64,000 bases of DNA. It comes from Laetmonice hystrix (lineage: Eukaryota). The DNA lies in the NCBI GenBank assembly GCA_965235115.1, contig OZ249436.1:26786001-26850000 (forward strand), written 5' to 3'. Under the pieces are notes generated by a model. The model did not search any database, was not told where the DNA came from, and was given only the letters and a program-made list of their open reading frames with translations. The position numbers and the translations under genes are program-made. Positions 51,718 through 64,000 of this stretch are shown here, piece after piece (the first letter of the stretch is position 1; each line of letters opens with the position of its first letter).

Positions 51718-53609
51718 TATTAAACCTTTCCCGGACAATACACATCACAGACAGTGGATAGATAGGAATATGTTACTTGGGGAGAGTAATAGATGGACAG
51801 ATTGAGATACAGGATGGCTTGTCCTTACCCGAGGCTTCGGGAGGACGATACACGGGATCTACGGATCTCTATCTACATGGAAATGTCCTTATATGTATTA
51901 CGGAAAATTATAATAGAAATAAGTAACTTGGAGAGACTAATTGGCGGACAATAATGTACAGGGGCTTGTCCTTGCCCGAGGCATCAGGAGGACGCCACAT
52001 GAGGTTTTTTCAGACCTCTAGTTACAAAGCCTCGAAATAAAATGTGGTAGAAATAATAAAATTTCTAAAAAACGGGTATGAACGCGTTTGTTGGACTGAA
52101 AATGTAATTTCTTTCTTCCAGCGTTGAGGTCTGTGTTCAGTCAAGGCAGAGAAGCAGTCCGTAAATAAAGGTTACGCAGCCAAACAAAATACGATTTATG
52201 TTAGGTAAATAATAGCCAAGGCGCAATATGTGTGATGCAGTAGTTTAGAAGTTATTCAACTTTAAAAGTGTCAATTTTTTACACCTAGCACTTGATCGCG
52301 CTGTCAAATTCATATTAACATAAATCAACATTGGTCATTGTTTTAATAATTAGGAAAATCTAACTGGTAGGCTAGCGTGATATGCAAATTTGGCATTGAA
52401 GCGTTTCTGTATCTCAGTGGCTTCATCGCAACGCATAGTGTGGCAAGGATAGAAATGATACAAAACTTGCAAGTGTAACACAACAGTTTTACTGTTGTGA
52501 TGATTTTGCTCCAATAAGAAGAACGTTATATAACCAACTTAAGTTATGACACAAAGAACATTAATATGTGGAGGTTAATTCCTAGTCACCAACGTTAAGA
52601 GCCATGAACACGAAGGGAGTGAGGCCAGCCTCCCTAGTGTTATATATACACCCTTATACACCCAGCTTTAAACTGGAATAAGCACCTCAAACAGCGTATT
52701 AATATATTTGATTATTAATATTGTTATAATAATGTCAATTGCAATAAAAGATTTTTTATACGTCGGAATATTGTCAAATTGTGGTTGATGACACTTTTGG
52801 CTGACGACCGCTTTAATTTGTATCTGAAAAATTAAACGAACTGTACGCTTTACTTCACTGATTATTTATGTTCATCTAATGTTGCGTTCGGAATAAATAA
52901 AAATAATGAGACACTGAGTAGCCTACAGTTCCAGGCTACCATAGGCAAATATACTTACATAATGATTGGCAGAGCAGGACGGGTACCTTGCGCCTTCTGA
53001 AATAATCATGCATCCATTAACCAAATGTTACCCATTTTTTGAAATAATACAAACAAATCTCTACATTCTACTGCGCAGAGGAACAAACTGAAAACGATAG
53101 CCTAACATCAAAACTCAGAGTGAGATCATCTATTAAAAATGTAGTTTCTCAAATGAAATTCACCTCCTCTCGTACTCGTGTCCTCTACGTCACCGTTATC
53201 CTGTAAAAACGCACATAATTTGTATCAAAGTGTACACTGGGTGTTGAAATAGGTAACACTCTTTTCTATATCAAAAACTTTAATAGATAATATTATATAT
53301 TATACAGTAGCTGCTTACATATAGACCTAACGTTTTTCTATATGCGCCTAAACATTTAAAGGCATCCCGCATAGTATATTTCCATCAAAATTAATAACCT
53401 GCCTCTAGTTTTCTCATCTAGACGTTGTGGAAAATATTGGAAATTCTTATTATTGTCATAATTTTTATCATTTTCGCCAACCGTAGCAATAACATCAACC
53501 ATACCAACACAAGGCGATATTGGCGATGCTACTGACCTCATATAGCATATTAGAAAAGCGTAGTCAAAATTTTTAGGGGAATATACGATAACTTGTTCCT
53601 TCCTAATAC

Positions 53610-56600
53610 CTGATAAAACCTCCTTCTGAAGAAATAACGGAGGTAGAAGACGGGGAAGTGGGCCGCCTGTCCGTCCAGCATGCAGCCCTGGGAGAACGTG
53701 CTCTTACCAACGTGAAGGAGAAGAAGCAGGATGATACAGATCACGTGGTTGGTCCACAGGACGTCCACTGACGGCCGGCCTCCGAGCCACACGTCCATGT
53801 ACGTCCAGACACCACGCCACGCGCTCACCACGCCAACTGGAAATCGGACAAAAATAGAACAACGCTCTACGTCACGTCACGTCATGCCACGTCATGTCAT
53901 AACTGTACAGTACACCGGTGTAGGGACTGGTGGGTTGTGTTATTGGTCTATATAACGTCCAGGCAATAGTGGCGCCCATTTGGGGACGACATAGAACAAA
54001 CAGAAAAGAGTTAGGTCAAAAGCTTAGAGGCCTCTGTAACAAGCTCCATACTTCTTATGATATAAATTGGGAGGAGGCGAAGAGGGGGCTAACCAAATTT
54101 TGAGGGAGGCATTTGCCCGATATACTGGGTGTATCAAGAAAGTCTACACTCAGAAAAATGAATCAGAAACGAACCTTTCATTATTTCAGCAAATCTGTCC
54201 AGACATATTGGTAGACGAACGTTTCACGCTTTTATTAATGTTATCAAACAAGCCTCTGGCCGCATGAAAGGATATACTGACGAGGGTGTAAAGCTGTATG
54301 TACAGAAATGCGGTAATATGGAGGACTAAGAGTTTTCTTTTTCAAAGAAATTGGTAGTAAGCACAGGACATATTAAATTTGCCTCTCATGGTCTCTGATC
54401 CTGTACAAAACCTTGTTTACACAGGCGTGACATGCTGTTGAAAATGATATGATCATTATGTTATAAGCGTGAAACCTTCGTTTGCCAATATGCCTGGACG
54501 GACTTGCTAAAAATAATAAAAGGTTCGTGTCTGGTTCATTTCTTTCAAGTATATAATTTTTTCATACACCCTGTACATTAAACAGAAAAGGGAAGAGAAC
54601 CTTTGACAGTGTGGTCCGAGCATACAATTATTAATACGGTATTCAAATATTTAAACTGGCAATACTCTGAGATAAATATGGTCTGCCTCTGCCTCTCGGT
54701 ACTTTGGGATTCCTTCTGTCTGCTTGGGTACAGCATCCAAGACACCTTTTATGAGTTTACATACAAAGCCGAACACAAATATTCTGCAAATAGGTTCCTT
54801 GGGGATCACCATTTACCTAACTTCCTTTTTTCCTTACCGGCTGCGATTGTAACAAGTACATCTTGAAGTGCGATACGCATGATGTGTGGAAAGTCTTTAC
54901 CCATGGCTTCAGAGCTTGACTGTGCGGAATACTGAAAGATCAGTGCCATGACGACACATCCATAGCCTAGTAGCACTGAGACCATGGCACTACGGGCCAG
55001 GTCAGCTGGATACACAAGTCGGTCCTGTACTGTCCAAATCCCTCGCCACAACGATATAACCAAAACACAAACGATGATTGTCGTCAGCAGTGTGTCTAGT
55101 ATGTATAATAACTTATTCTTTGAGGGGTTTGTCCTAAAGCGGGTCGAACAATCAAAGTAATTGTCCGACGTGTCCACTGATAGCACCAACGGGGAAGCAA
55201 GGGCGTTTAGGAGTGAGCGGAGTAAAATCAAACCTCCCCAGCCGACTGCCGCCGATGCGATTGCCGATATTTTGCCAACGCCCGTCAATATGTCCCATAC
55301 CATCCACACTCCACGCCAGTACGAAATGAAAGCCGGGCCAGCAATGTAAGCGTACAACCTTGAAGTGACCAGCCACACGGCCATGTTGTCCTTACAGATG
55401 TTCTTCTTGAAAACGCCCTGCAAGGCGCTCAACAGGGTGTGGACAGCGACGCCGATGCCAACTGACGCCCATGCCGAGGAGGAAGGATCACTCGGGATTA
55501 GGTACACATCGAATAGATACCACGTGCTGCGCCAGTAGGTGATGACTAAGGGGGCGATGATGAGGCACGAGGTGATGTAGTCGACCACTGTGAGGAGTCG
55601 GAGTTTTAACGGAACCTTGGGGCCATCGTAGACAGGTGGAGGTGGAGGTGGAGGCGGTGACAGTGGGGAGGGTGTCCTGGTGAGTTCCTCTGAGGGAGAC
55701 GGCAATTCTTCAGGGACAACACCTGGCTCTACCCTCTATAAAATATCGTAAGAGATGTCAGATGTCAGCATATTTACATTTGGAAGGTGGCAAGACTATT
55801 GAAAGACCTAAGCCGATGGGAAGGGGGAGTCATGTCCCCATCGCATGAGTTGGAGAGTCTGAGCCCTTCCCCTTCTTCTACACTCAATTCCGTCGCGTAC
55901 ACTTTTGATTAGGCCTACGTATTTCTTTATTTTAGGCTACATAATGTATTTTGAATTGGGTTCAATTGGTCATCTCCAAAACAAAATGAAAACGTTCAAT
56001 CACGTCAGTTAAAAATTGTAAAACACAAAAAGAAGCCAAGGTCATTTTGATGTGCAGTGCGCCACCTGGCGAGAAGAGAAGGTACCACACCTGATGCCAC
56101 GCCGTCTGGTGGTAGAATGCGATAAGCACATCAAGCGATGCATGATCTCACCGATTAAATTTTGTCTCCAGCGGTTCACGGACTAATTACCCAGGGACAC
56201 CAGAATGGGGAGCTAACCCCTCCACCTTTAACAGAGCTTGAACGATTTTACAGATACAAATTATCGATAGAATTAAGAATTCATTTACAATATTTACGTC
56301 GGGAAAAATGCGTTCAGAAAGGCGTTTTAAACTGTTTAATAATTACGGTAGTCCGATCCCTGAATACCTTTCTAGTTTTTTGCTGTTTACACGGAGACCC
56401 ATTTACCCCCAAGGTACACAGAGGAAGTGCAGGTTGAGTTGGATTTCAGCGATTATAGCGAGTGTGTGGTGACGTAAATGATCGCTGACGGCCTCATGCA
56501 TGCCTCGATCATGACACATCGATTCCCTGAGGCAAACGACAGTCATGGTTTGAGACCGGCATGGGTGTTGACCTCATGAACATCATTGGTCAATGTCAAC

Positions 56601-57107
56601 AACCGTGGGGCTGACGATCACACACACACGGTGGAGTCGATCCACGTTTATAACAGCATATCTGGCCTTCTAGAAATATAGGCCTACACTGGAATCTCTT
56701 AATACATGAGTGACTCCCGGCCTTAGAACTTGGCACTCCTATTTTCATGGAAAGCCTCGACCTTCGTCGACTAATTAAGAACTCTATTTTTCATCCATAT
56801 TAATCCTCTAATGCGATGTTGGATTTCATTATACGATGGAGTATAGCCATTTATTCAAGTGGATTTTTAAGATTGGTTAATTCAGTGACCGTTGTGACGT
56901 AAATGATGTTCTTCTTCTTCCTCCTCTTCTTCCCCTCCTTCTTCTCTAAGAAAGTGTTCTTCAAAAGTGAACTGAGATGACTGTTTGAGCACAAATTAGA
57001 CCTTATTCGAAACCCCTGTCTCCAAACCACGTTAATCTGCATGCTAAACTGTGACATCGCAAAAATTAGCACACATACACACAATGGCCACTCCTTACCT
57101 CTGTCAT
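53610..57107 (-). CDS. fusl: Fuseless-family multi-pass membrane protein (exons 57099-57107, 54838-55735, 53610-53836; 3' end uncertain)
   Basis: Four WRxxW repeats (YWRSTW, YWRGVW, LWRGIW, AWRGVW) with hydrophobic helices and a C-terminal FPVFYLRYFF, typical of Fuseless. GT/AG sites give consistent phases (MTE|RVEP; AA-V). Tentative further small exons at 53164-53200 and 52959-52996. Confidence 0.8.
54125..54573. mobile_element. Tc1/mariner-like MITE in a fuseless intron
   Basis: TA|C(T/A)GGGTGTAT termini with ~110-bp imperfect TIRs. Confidence 0.85.
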
Positions 57108-58067
57108 GATGGGTGGGGTATTGACGACCCAGTTATATAACACCAAAGGACGCCTGATGACACCTTTGGTCGCCTCGTCCACACAGGCGGAGTGACGGCA
57201 AGTCTCTCAGATGCAACCTATTCACCGTTGTGTGTGGGCCCTGCCAGCCAGAGTTGTCTAGTTTACACAACACACCTGAGCGAGTAAGTAGGGCGAGTGG
57301 TCAGGTGGGGACGAGCCTGTGGCTGGGGGGTTGGGGGGGGGGGGGGTTAGGGTGGGAGGGGGTGGCTGCAGTGTCATCACACGGGCCAGCCCGCCGTCGG
57401 GTTATATTAACGTATGCCAGCAGTCGACGACGTCAATCTACCTCTGGAATGGGACCGACCATTTAATAAAAATAGGGGAGGGGACAGGAAGGCTTTCTGA
57501 AGAAATATACCCCGCTCCAATTTCTCTGAGAAAAAGTGATCTACCCCTAACCCTCTGTGGTTGAAAAAAACTTTCCCATTTTGAAAAAAAAGGCTCATGG
57601 ATGTCGTGGCATGGTGGGGTAGATTAACCGCAAAATAAGGTATAAAACAAAAACCAAGTTTTTCTTCGTTTCCTGGAACTATTCACTTCCACTTCGACTT
57701 CCAGCATGTAAATACTTGCATTTTGTTCGTGCAACATATCTTTAGGTTTAAAATGGGCGACCCCTTTAGGAGGGATGAGCGTCACGTATCATAGTTTGGG
57801 CCACTGCACAATGTTTGCGCACCGTCGCTCAGTTTGGACAGCTAGTTCACGACAATGCAAGAGTCTGACTGGTTGTCAATATCAATAGAATTAGAAGATT
57901 AGCACATTATTTGCAAACCTCTCTCTTAAATGTCATTTTATGCACACAAATACAACTTATCATAGGCCTACGTGTGCATTCAATGAATCCGCGATCGAGA
58001 GGCGAACACTCGGCGGACTCAGGAGTGTCTGTAGGCCTAAATGGTACCGGGCTGGTGACGACCTGCG

Positions 58068-58398
58068 CCGGTGTCGCGGTCTCAGATCTCCGTGGTCTCA
58101 GATCTCCGGGAGGTTAGCTGCATAACCGTGTGTTCTAGTCTATCCGAAATAGGTCTCAGTTGAATCACACGTAATAACTCTCATCTCCTCTGCGATATTT
58201 GGTTTACAATTTGCCTATCCAGACTGTCATTTATTCTTGTTGGGAAGAAAACTCCATCGCCCATCAGGTAGACGACCGGAGGTATGAGCCCAAACAGCGA
58301 CTCGCGCGTGCTCACTTAGTCAGATTCAGCATCTAAACAATAGGAAACCATGCTCCCGGAGATCTGAGACCAACGGAGATCTGAGTGCGCGACACCGG
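58068..58398. mobile_element. MITE with ~45-bp TIRs
   Basis: CCGGTGTCGCG..CTCAGATCTCCGTGGTCTCAGATCTCCGGGAG and its inverse. Confidence 0.8.
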
Positions 58399-60182
58399 GT
58401 CCCACTCTGCCTCGAAGGTTGGGCGGTAGGGAGGGAGAAGGGGCGACCTTCTGGAGGGCCTACACCCCACCCTCATGTTGTAGGCTACTTAGAAGATAGA
58501 GAAATTTAAGTTTGACTACTTTTTTCATTTGGAACATTCTGGCACAGAAATAATGAATACAGTACTGAAATTGAGGGCCGAGCCAAAATGAACATTTTGA
58601 GGTAAGAGGGTCACCAAAAAATAAAAAAGCACGGGAGCAGTATATTTTTTTAAATATTCTGTTTAATTATGTCTAATATACCGAATCGTCTATCTCTTAG
58701 TTCAATGACTCACAAATGAAGACATGGGCTGTTATGCCTACGATAGTCTTGGATGAAGTCTAGGTTCCTTTTGCTGGCGCTATGGCAAAGAGCAAAATGA
58801 CCAGTTTCTGGTATGAAGAACATTTCAAAATGACGCGGTTTTTTTTCTGTTTGTTACTTTTTGTGTGACCCCAGCTGACTAAAATGTAAAAGATGTATTA
58901 TAAAATATTATAATATTACGTACATAGGAAAACTTTCTACATACATAAGAATTACCATGTAAACTGAACCCATAAATAGGGAACATGACCGTACCTGTCA
59001 TCGCTTTTACGCTTTTACGCTTAACGCTAGGTGGCAGCACAATTCACACATTCATGCAATCCGAAAACCTCGAAAACCTTCGAAAGTAGCCTCGGGTGAA
59101 TTGAGCGCCATTTTGAGCATTGCATCGCGGGTACTTCGAGCCGGGACTCTGGCCATCATAGCAGTGCTTGCAGTATTGTGTCTGCATCAGGCATGGAAGC
59201 AACTGAAATAGGACTCCAGTGCTTTCCCCAAAGTCAGTGAGCAATATTACGATAGTATCATGTTCATGATACAAGTAGCCCTACCATGTGTCGTGTTGTT
59301 TTCGTTCATGCATGGGCGCGACCACATTGCTTCCCATAATTTGATAAATTACCGTATCACGCCGATTTATGTAAATTAGGTGATTCATTTTTCTTCAAAC
59401 GTTTCCCTTCATATCAGAAATTTATATTTGCGAATACAACCCTGAAGGAGCAGGTTTCAATAATGCACTATTTCCTGGCTCGATTGGATATGACGGTTCA
59501 TTCAGTGCCTCGCTACACAGGTCCTTTTTGCCATGTATCTGGTTGCCACAATGGCGCTCAATTCACCCGAGGGTATTCGAATAGCAGGAAGTGACGTCAT
59601 ATGCCTGAGGAAATCCCGAATAACCTTAATGCTAGGTGGGGGCAAGAAAAACACACTGATGCGCTGCTTCTAAAGTGAGGCGCGCATACCGGAAACCGGG
59701 ATTGGGGGGGGGGGGGGCTTATATTTCCTGTGTAGATTGATAGTCAGACATTTCGCAAGGGGGTGGTGGTGGTAAAAGGTAAAGGTTTTGCATGCTTACA
59801 TTTTGGAATTGAGTCTTTTCTCATACCCCCCCCCCCCTTATAAATGGCGTGGGAGTTCCATTGCACGTGTAGCTGTGTGTCTCCCGTTTTAAAACAAATT
59901 CATGAAAACGCTTCTTTAAAGAACTCATAATGTGAACATTTCATTTTTATTTAGTAAAATGCTGCGGGTAGAATGCATCCTGTTTCAGACCATGAAATGT
60001 AATGGTACATTTCGTTGTAAACCAACGATGGCACCAACCCCCTCGTGTCCCAACGTGTCCGATTGCGGTATTCCCTTGATATTACTCTGTTTGAGTATTA
60101 CGAAGTCGTTTCCAAGTCATATGCAATGTCTATCAAAGCTACAATGATGACCTCATGTCGAGCTAAATTGATATTGAAATTA

Positions 60183-61222
60183 TTATTTCTTAAATGCAGA
60201 GAAACATTTGCCAAACGACTCGGCCAAAGGATCGCAACAGTTCTGAATAACGATGGCGTAGATCTTTCCGATCAACTTGACGTTGATTTCGTATGCCCGG
60301 ATGCAGGGTGTGATGATCCAGATGTGTTGGAAGGCCACGCAGGCGAAGTAACATCCCCAGCCAATCATGATACAGCATGAACAGAAGGTCGTGGCCAGGG
60401 TGTAGCAGAGGGCCTTCCACACGTTGAAACATTTAAAGGAACACTTCCAGCAGCAGTCCATACTCTTGGTGTGGTCCGGTTCACCGATCAAGTCTTCCCA
60501 GGCGACCTATAGAACCGAAATGACAAGTAAAGGGTATATTAGTCTTCAGGTTGGTATTACTCAACACATTTTTGCTGACCACTGCAGGTCTCCAATTGCC
60601 TAAGTTCGGCTCCATCAATCAATATACCAATAAGTTGGCGTATAACGTCACTGTGCTGTGGCACACGTTATGATATTTATGATCAAACTTATGTTGATGT
60701 GATTCCTTTAGCCAGTTTCTACAGAGTATGTAGAAAGATTTCCTATGTACGTAATATTAAATATGAATATTAATGATATAATCAGATGGCATGAAATATA
60801 TATGCGTCAGGAAAGCAGGAAGAACATGCAGTGTGGCATGTTGGTGTGTAGCTAAATTAAATTCTCTGTCTTAAGCGTGAAATTGTAAGAGTCACCTTTG
60901 AAATTTGCACGTCATTCTCAGTCCAAAATCATATTTTGATGACTCTGCCTTAAGATCTGACTCTGCCTTAAGATCTGAGGCTAGGCCTTCCTTCTAGGTT
61001 ATTTCCGCCCACATCTTAAGTCAGTGTGCAGTGTTAGAAAAGATCACACACCCCGAAGCCTGCGAGCCCTGTCCAATTATAAGCCTGCTCCACGCCTATA
61101 AACTATACTATATATATAGTAAGGGGCTATAAACATGAACTCACCTGTAAGTGATCATTAATGTTGTTTGGGTCCCTGTTCTCAAAGTCAGGTTCCATGG
61201 CCCAAGCCTCGCCGATTCCCAT
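60183..61222 (-). CDS. cav: Caveolin, copy 9 (exons 61145-61222, 60183-60506)
   Basis: Protein identical to copies 2-8; 638-nt intron; TATA box and AATAAA retained. Confidence 0.95.
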
Positions 61223-63223
61223 GGTTGAAGTTGTAAAGTGTCCCTCGGTAGAAGTACGAAGTAGTTATTGTTCCTCGGGTAAGACCGAATCTCGATGTGG
61301 TCCTTCCTTTACGGATGCGGGTTTTTATATGTTCACGTCGCCATGCAACTGGACGCATGTATACATACGTCGCTAAGTCCGGACAAAACTTCTGCTTAAG
61401 TTCTCCTTAATGGTTGTGAACAACTCGGGCACGATCCGATGATCGCCCAGCACGACAGGAAATGTGTGAAATACAAATGACTAACGGGTTTCGACACATT
61501 ATTTGGCACTCGTACAACCCATGCCAATTATTAATCCAGCCAGTTTTCTTATCCTAGCAACGTTACGATAGCATAGCGTCTCAGTAATCTTAGCGGGTTT
61601 GAGTGGAGCAAAAAAGGTTTTTTATTTTGGACAACAGTAAACCTTAAAGTAAACCTGCTAATTTGTGTTTGAAAGTTACAGGCGAGTATTTGATACGACT
61701 CCAACTTGAACCCTGCCAGCGGGATATTGTGACGTATGAGGCGCGTTATGGTGGGACGCTTGGGGGAGATGACAAGTGGTTGAGCCTCTTACTGTATACT
61801 GAATCATAATTAGATCTATATATGTGGCAAGATGAGTTCTTGCCAGTACCATTTTCTCTCATTTGTGGCTAACCAGTGCTCTGCAACCGTGTCACCAGAG
61901 CCTTCATGATGCCTAGCCGTAGGCCTATATGTGTAAAGAAGAATGGCAACAACAACAACTACTACACCAGTCTAAAGTCTTAAAACCCATTTGTATGATA
62001 CTTGCAGGTCTTAACTATATAATGCTGCCACGAATTACATAATTTTGTGTATACGTCCTGACGAGATTTGGGGACCAACTCGGATATTCTTCATTGAATT
62101 AACGGATTCACTAATTTCACCTTTCCGCCACTGCCTATAGAATTGACTGCTTTAATTCATCAGATTTTCAACTGCAATCTATCAATGTACAATGTATTCT
62201 GATGGGCCTACTAGGTTTTGTAAAAGGGTGGAAAAAAATGTCCTGTACAAAGTAATCTTTATGCTATTGCCTAGGGGACTTGATAAATATAATTGGCCTA
62301 TTTAAGTCTTATCAATCCTAAAACCACGTGTATTAGGCATATATAGCGAGGCGCACTAAACAAATGCCCGTTCAGTGCCATCGCGTGAACTTTCGGACTG
62401 ACTATAGGAAATCCTGATAAACGGAAGAAGGCAGCACTGTCGGCCATACGCCGCTGTGCGGCAGCACCACTGCGGAACCGCAGTGTCACTCGAGAAACCT
62501 CATGTTGCCATACACCCGGCTGAGTCTGTGCTTCAAATATGCGCGTCTTTTGTATGAGAGGATTGGAGGCAAGCACTAGCCTCCAGAAACATCAAATTGC
62601 GTTAGATTAAAATGCGAGTGTGTGTGTGTGTGTGTAGGCCCCCCCCCCCCCCATTCGGAAAACCTCGGCCCAACTTCCGGTCGCTTCGCTGTAGTCTCTA
62701 CATCGTAAAGGGCTCGGTGTTCCGAATGGGGGGGGGTGCATGGCTGCGTGGGGTGGTGGCAAAGAAGTGTTATGGAAAAGAGCAACTTTAGGCCAAAATA
62801 TATAGTCGAGTAGACGTCCTAACCATTTCTATTAGGGACCCGGAAATTTTTAGACCCGCAAGAGATTATGATTGATTTGTGTCCACATAGGCTCTGTGAA
62901 GATTTTCAGCTTTGTTGGCCGAAGTTGGCTGTTGAGGAGTTTTTTTTTATAAGCTAATTTGCATAAATTAGCATAATTAATAACAAATCTTCATAAGCTC
63001 AGGTAACTTGAAAACCATTTGACCTAGAATCATATGTAGAGAATCTAATAGCACTTTTCCATACAATATCAACACGGGGAATCCATTTTTGACATTTGTT
63101 TTGTGATTCAAGGTCAAGGTCAAATATCAAGGTCAAGGCCAAAAATGGCAAAAAAAAAACTGGGGTTTCCAGGACAGTTGGCCTAAAATCACATTTAATG
63201 GCGCATTCCAGTGATATCCGCGT

Positions 63224-63500
63224 GGCGGCAGCACTGTCGCCCCGGTCCTCTGGACTGCAAATTAGCATGACGTTATATAGAACGACGAAATGCTAATCTG
63301 TGGCAGGATGCATTTAGACTATTAATGTTATGAAAATTAATAACTCGATAAGCTTCGCCATGTTGAATAGCTCCTAAACGCACCATAATATTTCATAGCA
63401 AATAGCTCTACGGCACCCAGCTACAGATTAGCATTTCGTCGTCCTATCTAAAGTCATACTAATGTGTAGTCATACGGGACCGAGGCGATAGTGCTGCCGA
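63224..63500. mobile_element. Palindromic repeat related to the 14967-15312 MITE core
   Basis: GCGGCAGCACTGT...GACGAAATGCTAATCTGT and its inverse; shares motifs with the array spacer MITE; flanked by TCAAGGTCA repeats. Confidence 0.6.
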
Positions 63501-63683
63501 CACTCGGGAAAGACGGGAACTCCATTATTTCGAGTCTCCCATTGTGGCATACGTCTTGTGATTCGACATTAAAGTCAAGGTCAAATGTCAAGGTCAAGAC
63601 CACAAAGGGCACAAATAGTCGGTCCGAAGTCCTTCCTTCCTGTAGTATCAGGGACATTTCAGCAGGAAACAAGCTCAAATTAC

Positions 63684-64000
63684 GGACTACATGACTGGGG
63701 CGGGGTGTGGGTGGGACTACATAACTGGGAGTGTGGGTTAGTGGGGTGTGGGTGGGACTACATGACTGGGGGTGTGGGTTAGTGGGGTGTGGGTGGGACT
63801 ACATGACTGGGGGCGGGGGTTAGTGGGGTGTGGGTGGGACTACATGACTGGGGGTGGGGGTTAGTGGGGTGTGGGTGGGGCTACATGACTGGGGGTGGGG
63901 GTTAGTGGGGTGTGGGTGGGACTAGGCCTACATGACTGGGGGCGGGGGTTAGTGGGGTGTGGGTGGGACTACATGACTGGGGGTGGGGGTTAGTGGGGTG
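63684..64000. repeat. ~41-bp G-rich minisatellite running off the window
   Basis: GGGACTACATGACTGGGGGTGGGGGTTAGTGGGGTGTGGGT units. Confidence 0.92.

Larger units (their letters stand above)
43688..52101 (+). mobile_element. Tyrosine-recombinase retrotransposon B (DIRS order, Ngaro-like coding region), decayed with nested insertions
   Basis: Order SGNH - gag - RT - RNase H - YR. Perfect 15-bp inverted termini TTTCAGTCCAACAAA (43688-43702) and TTTGTTGGACTGAAA (52087-52101). AATAAA signals ~52036-52058. Confidence 0.9.

Noticed and set aside
53356..53541. ORF as the next fuseless exon via the GTAAG donor at 53707
   Set aside because: Read-through to 53610 gives the Fuseless-like G..DG...FP.FYLR motif, so this ORF is probably intronic.

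Overview
Animal (probably marine invertebrate, inferred) genomic DNA with spliceosomal introns, SINEs, MITEs and minisatellites. The centre (~11.3-42.9 kb) is a head-to-tail tandem array of eight two-exon, minus-strand caveolin genes (core period 4126 bp). A ninth copy at 60.2-61.2 kb has an almost identical CDS but diverged intron and flanks. The array is bracketed by two decayed, mutually divergent tyrosine-recombinase (YR) retrotransposons (5539-11043 minus; 43688-52101 plus). Both share an unusual design: short 15-18 bp TTT...AAA inverted termini, an SGNH hydrolase ORF upstream of gag, Ngaro-like RT/RNase H/YR, and repeated bulged RNA hairpins in the 3' UTR. A fuseless-family membrane protein gene lies at ~53-57 kb (minus). 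All alignments were done by eye; no database searches were run.
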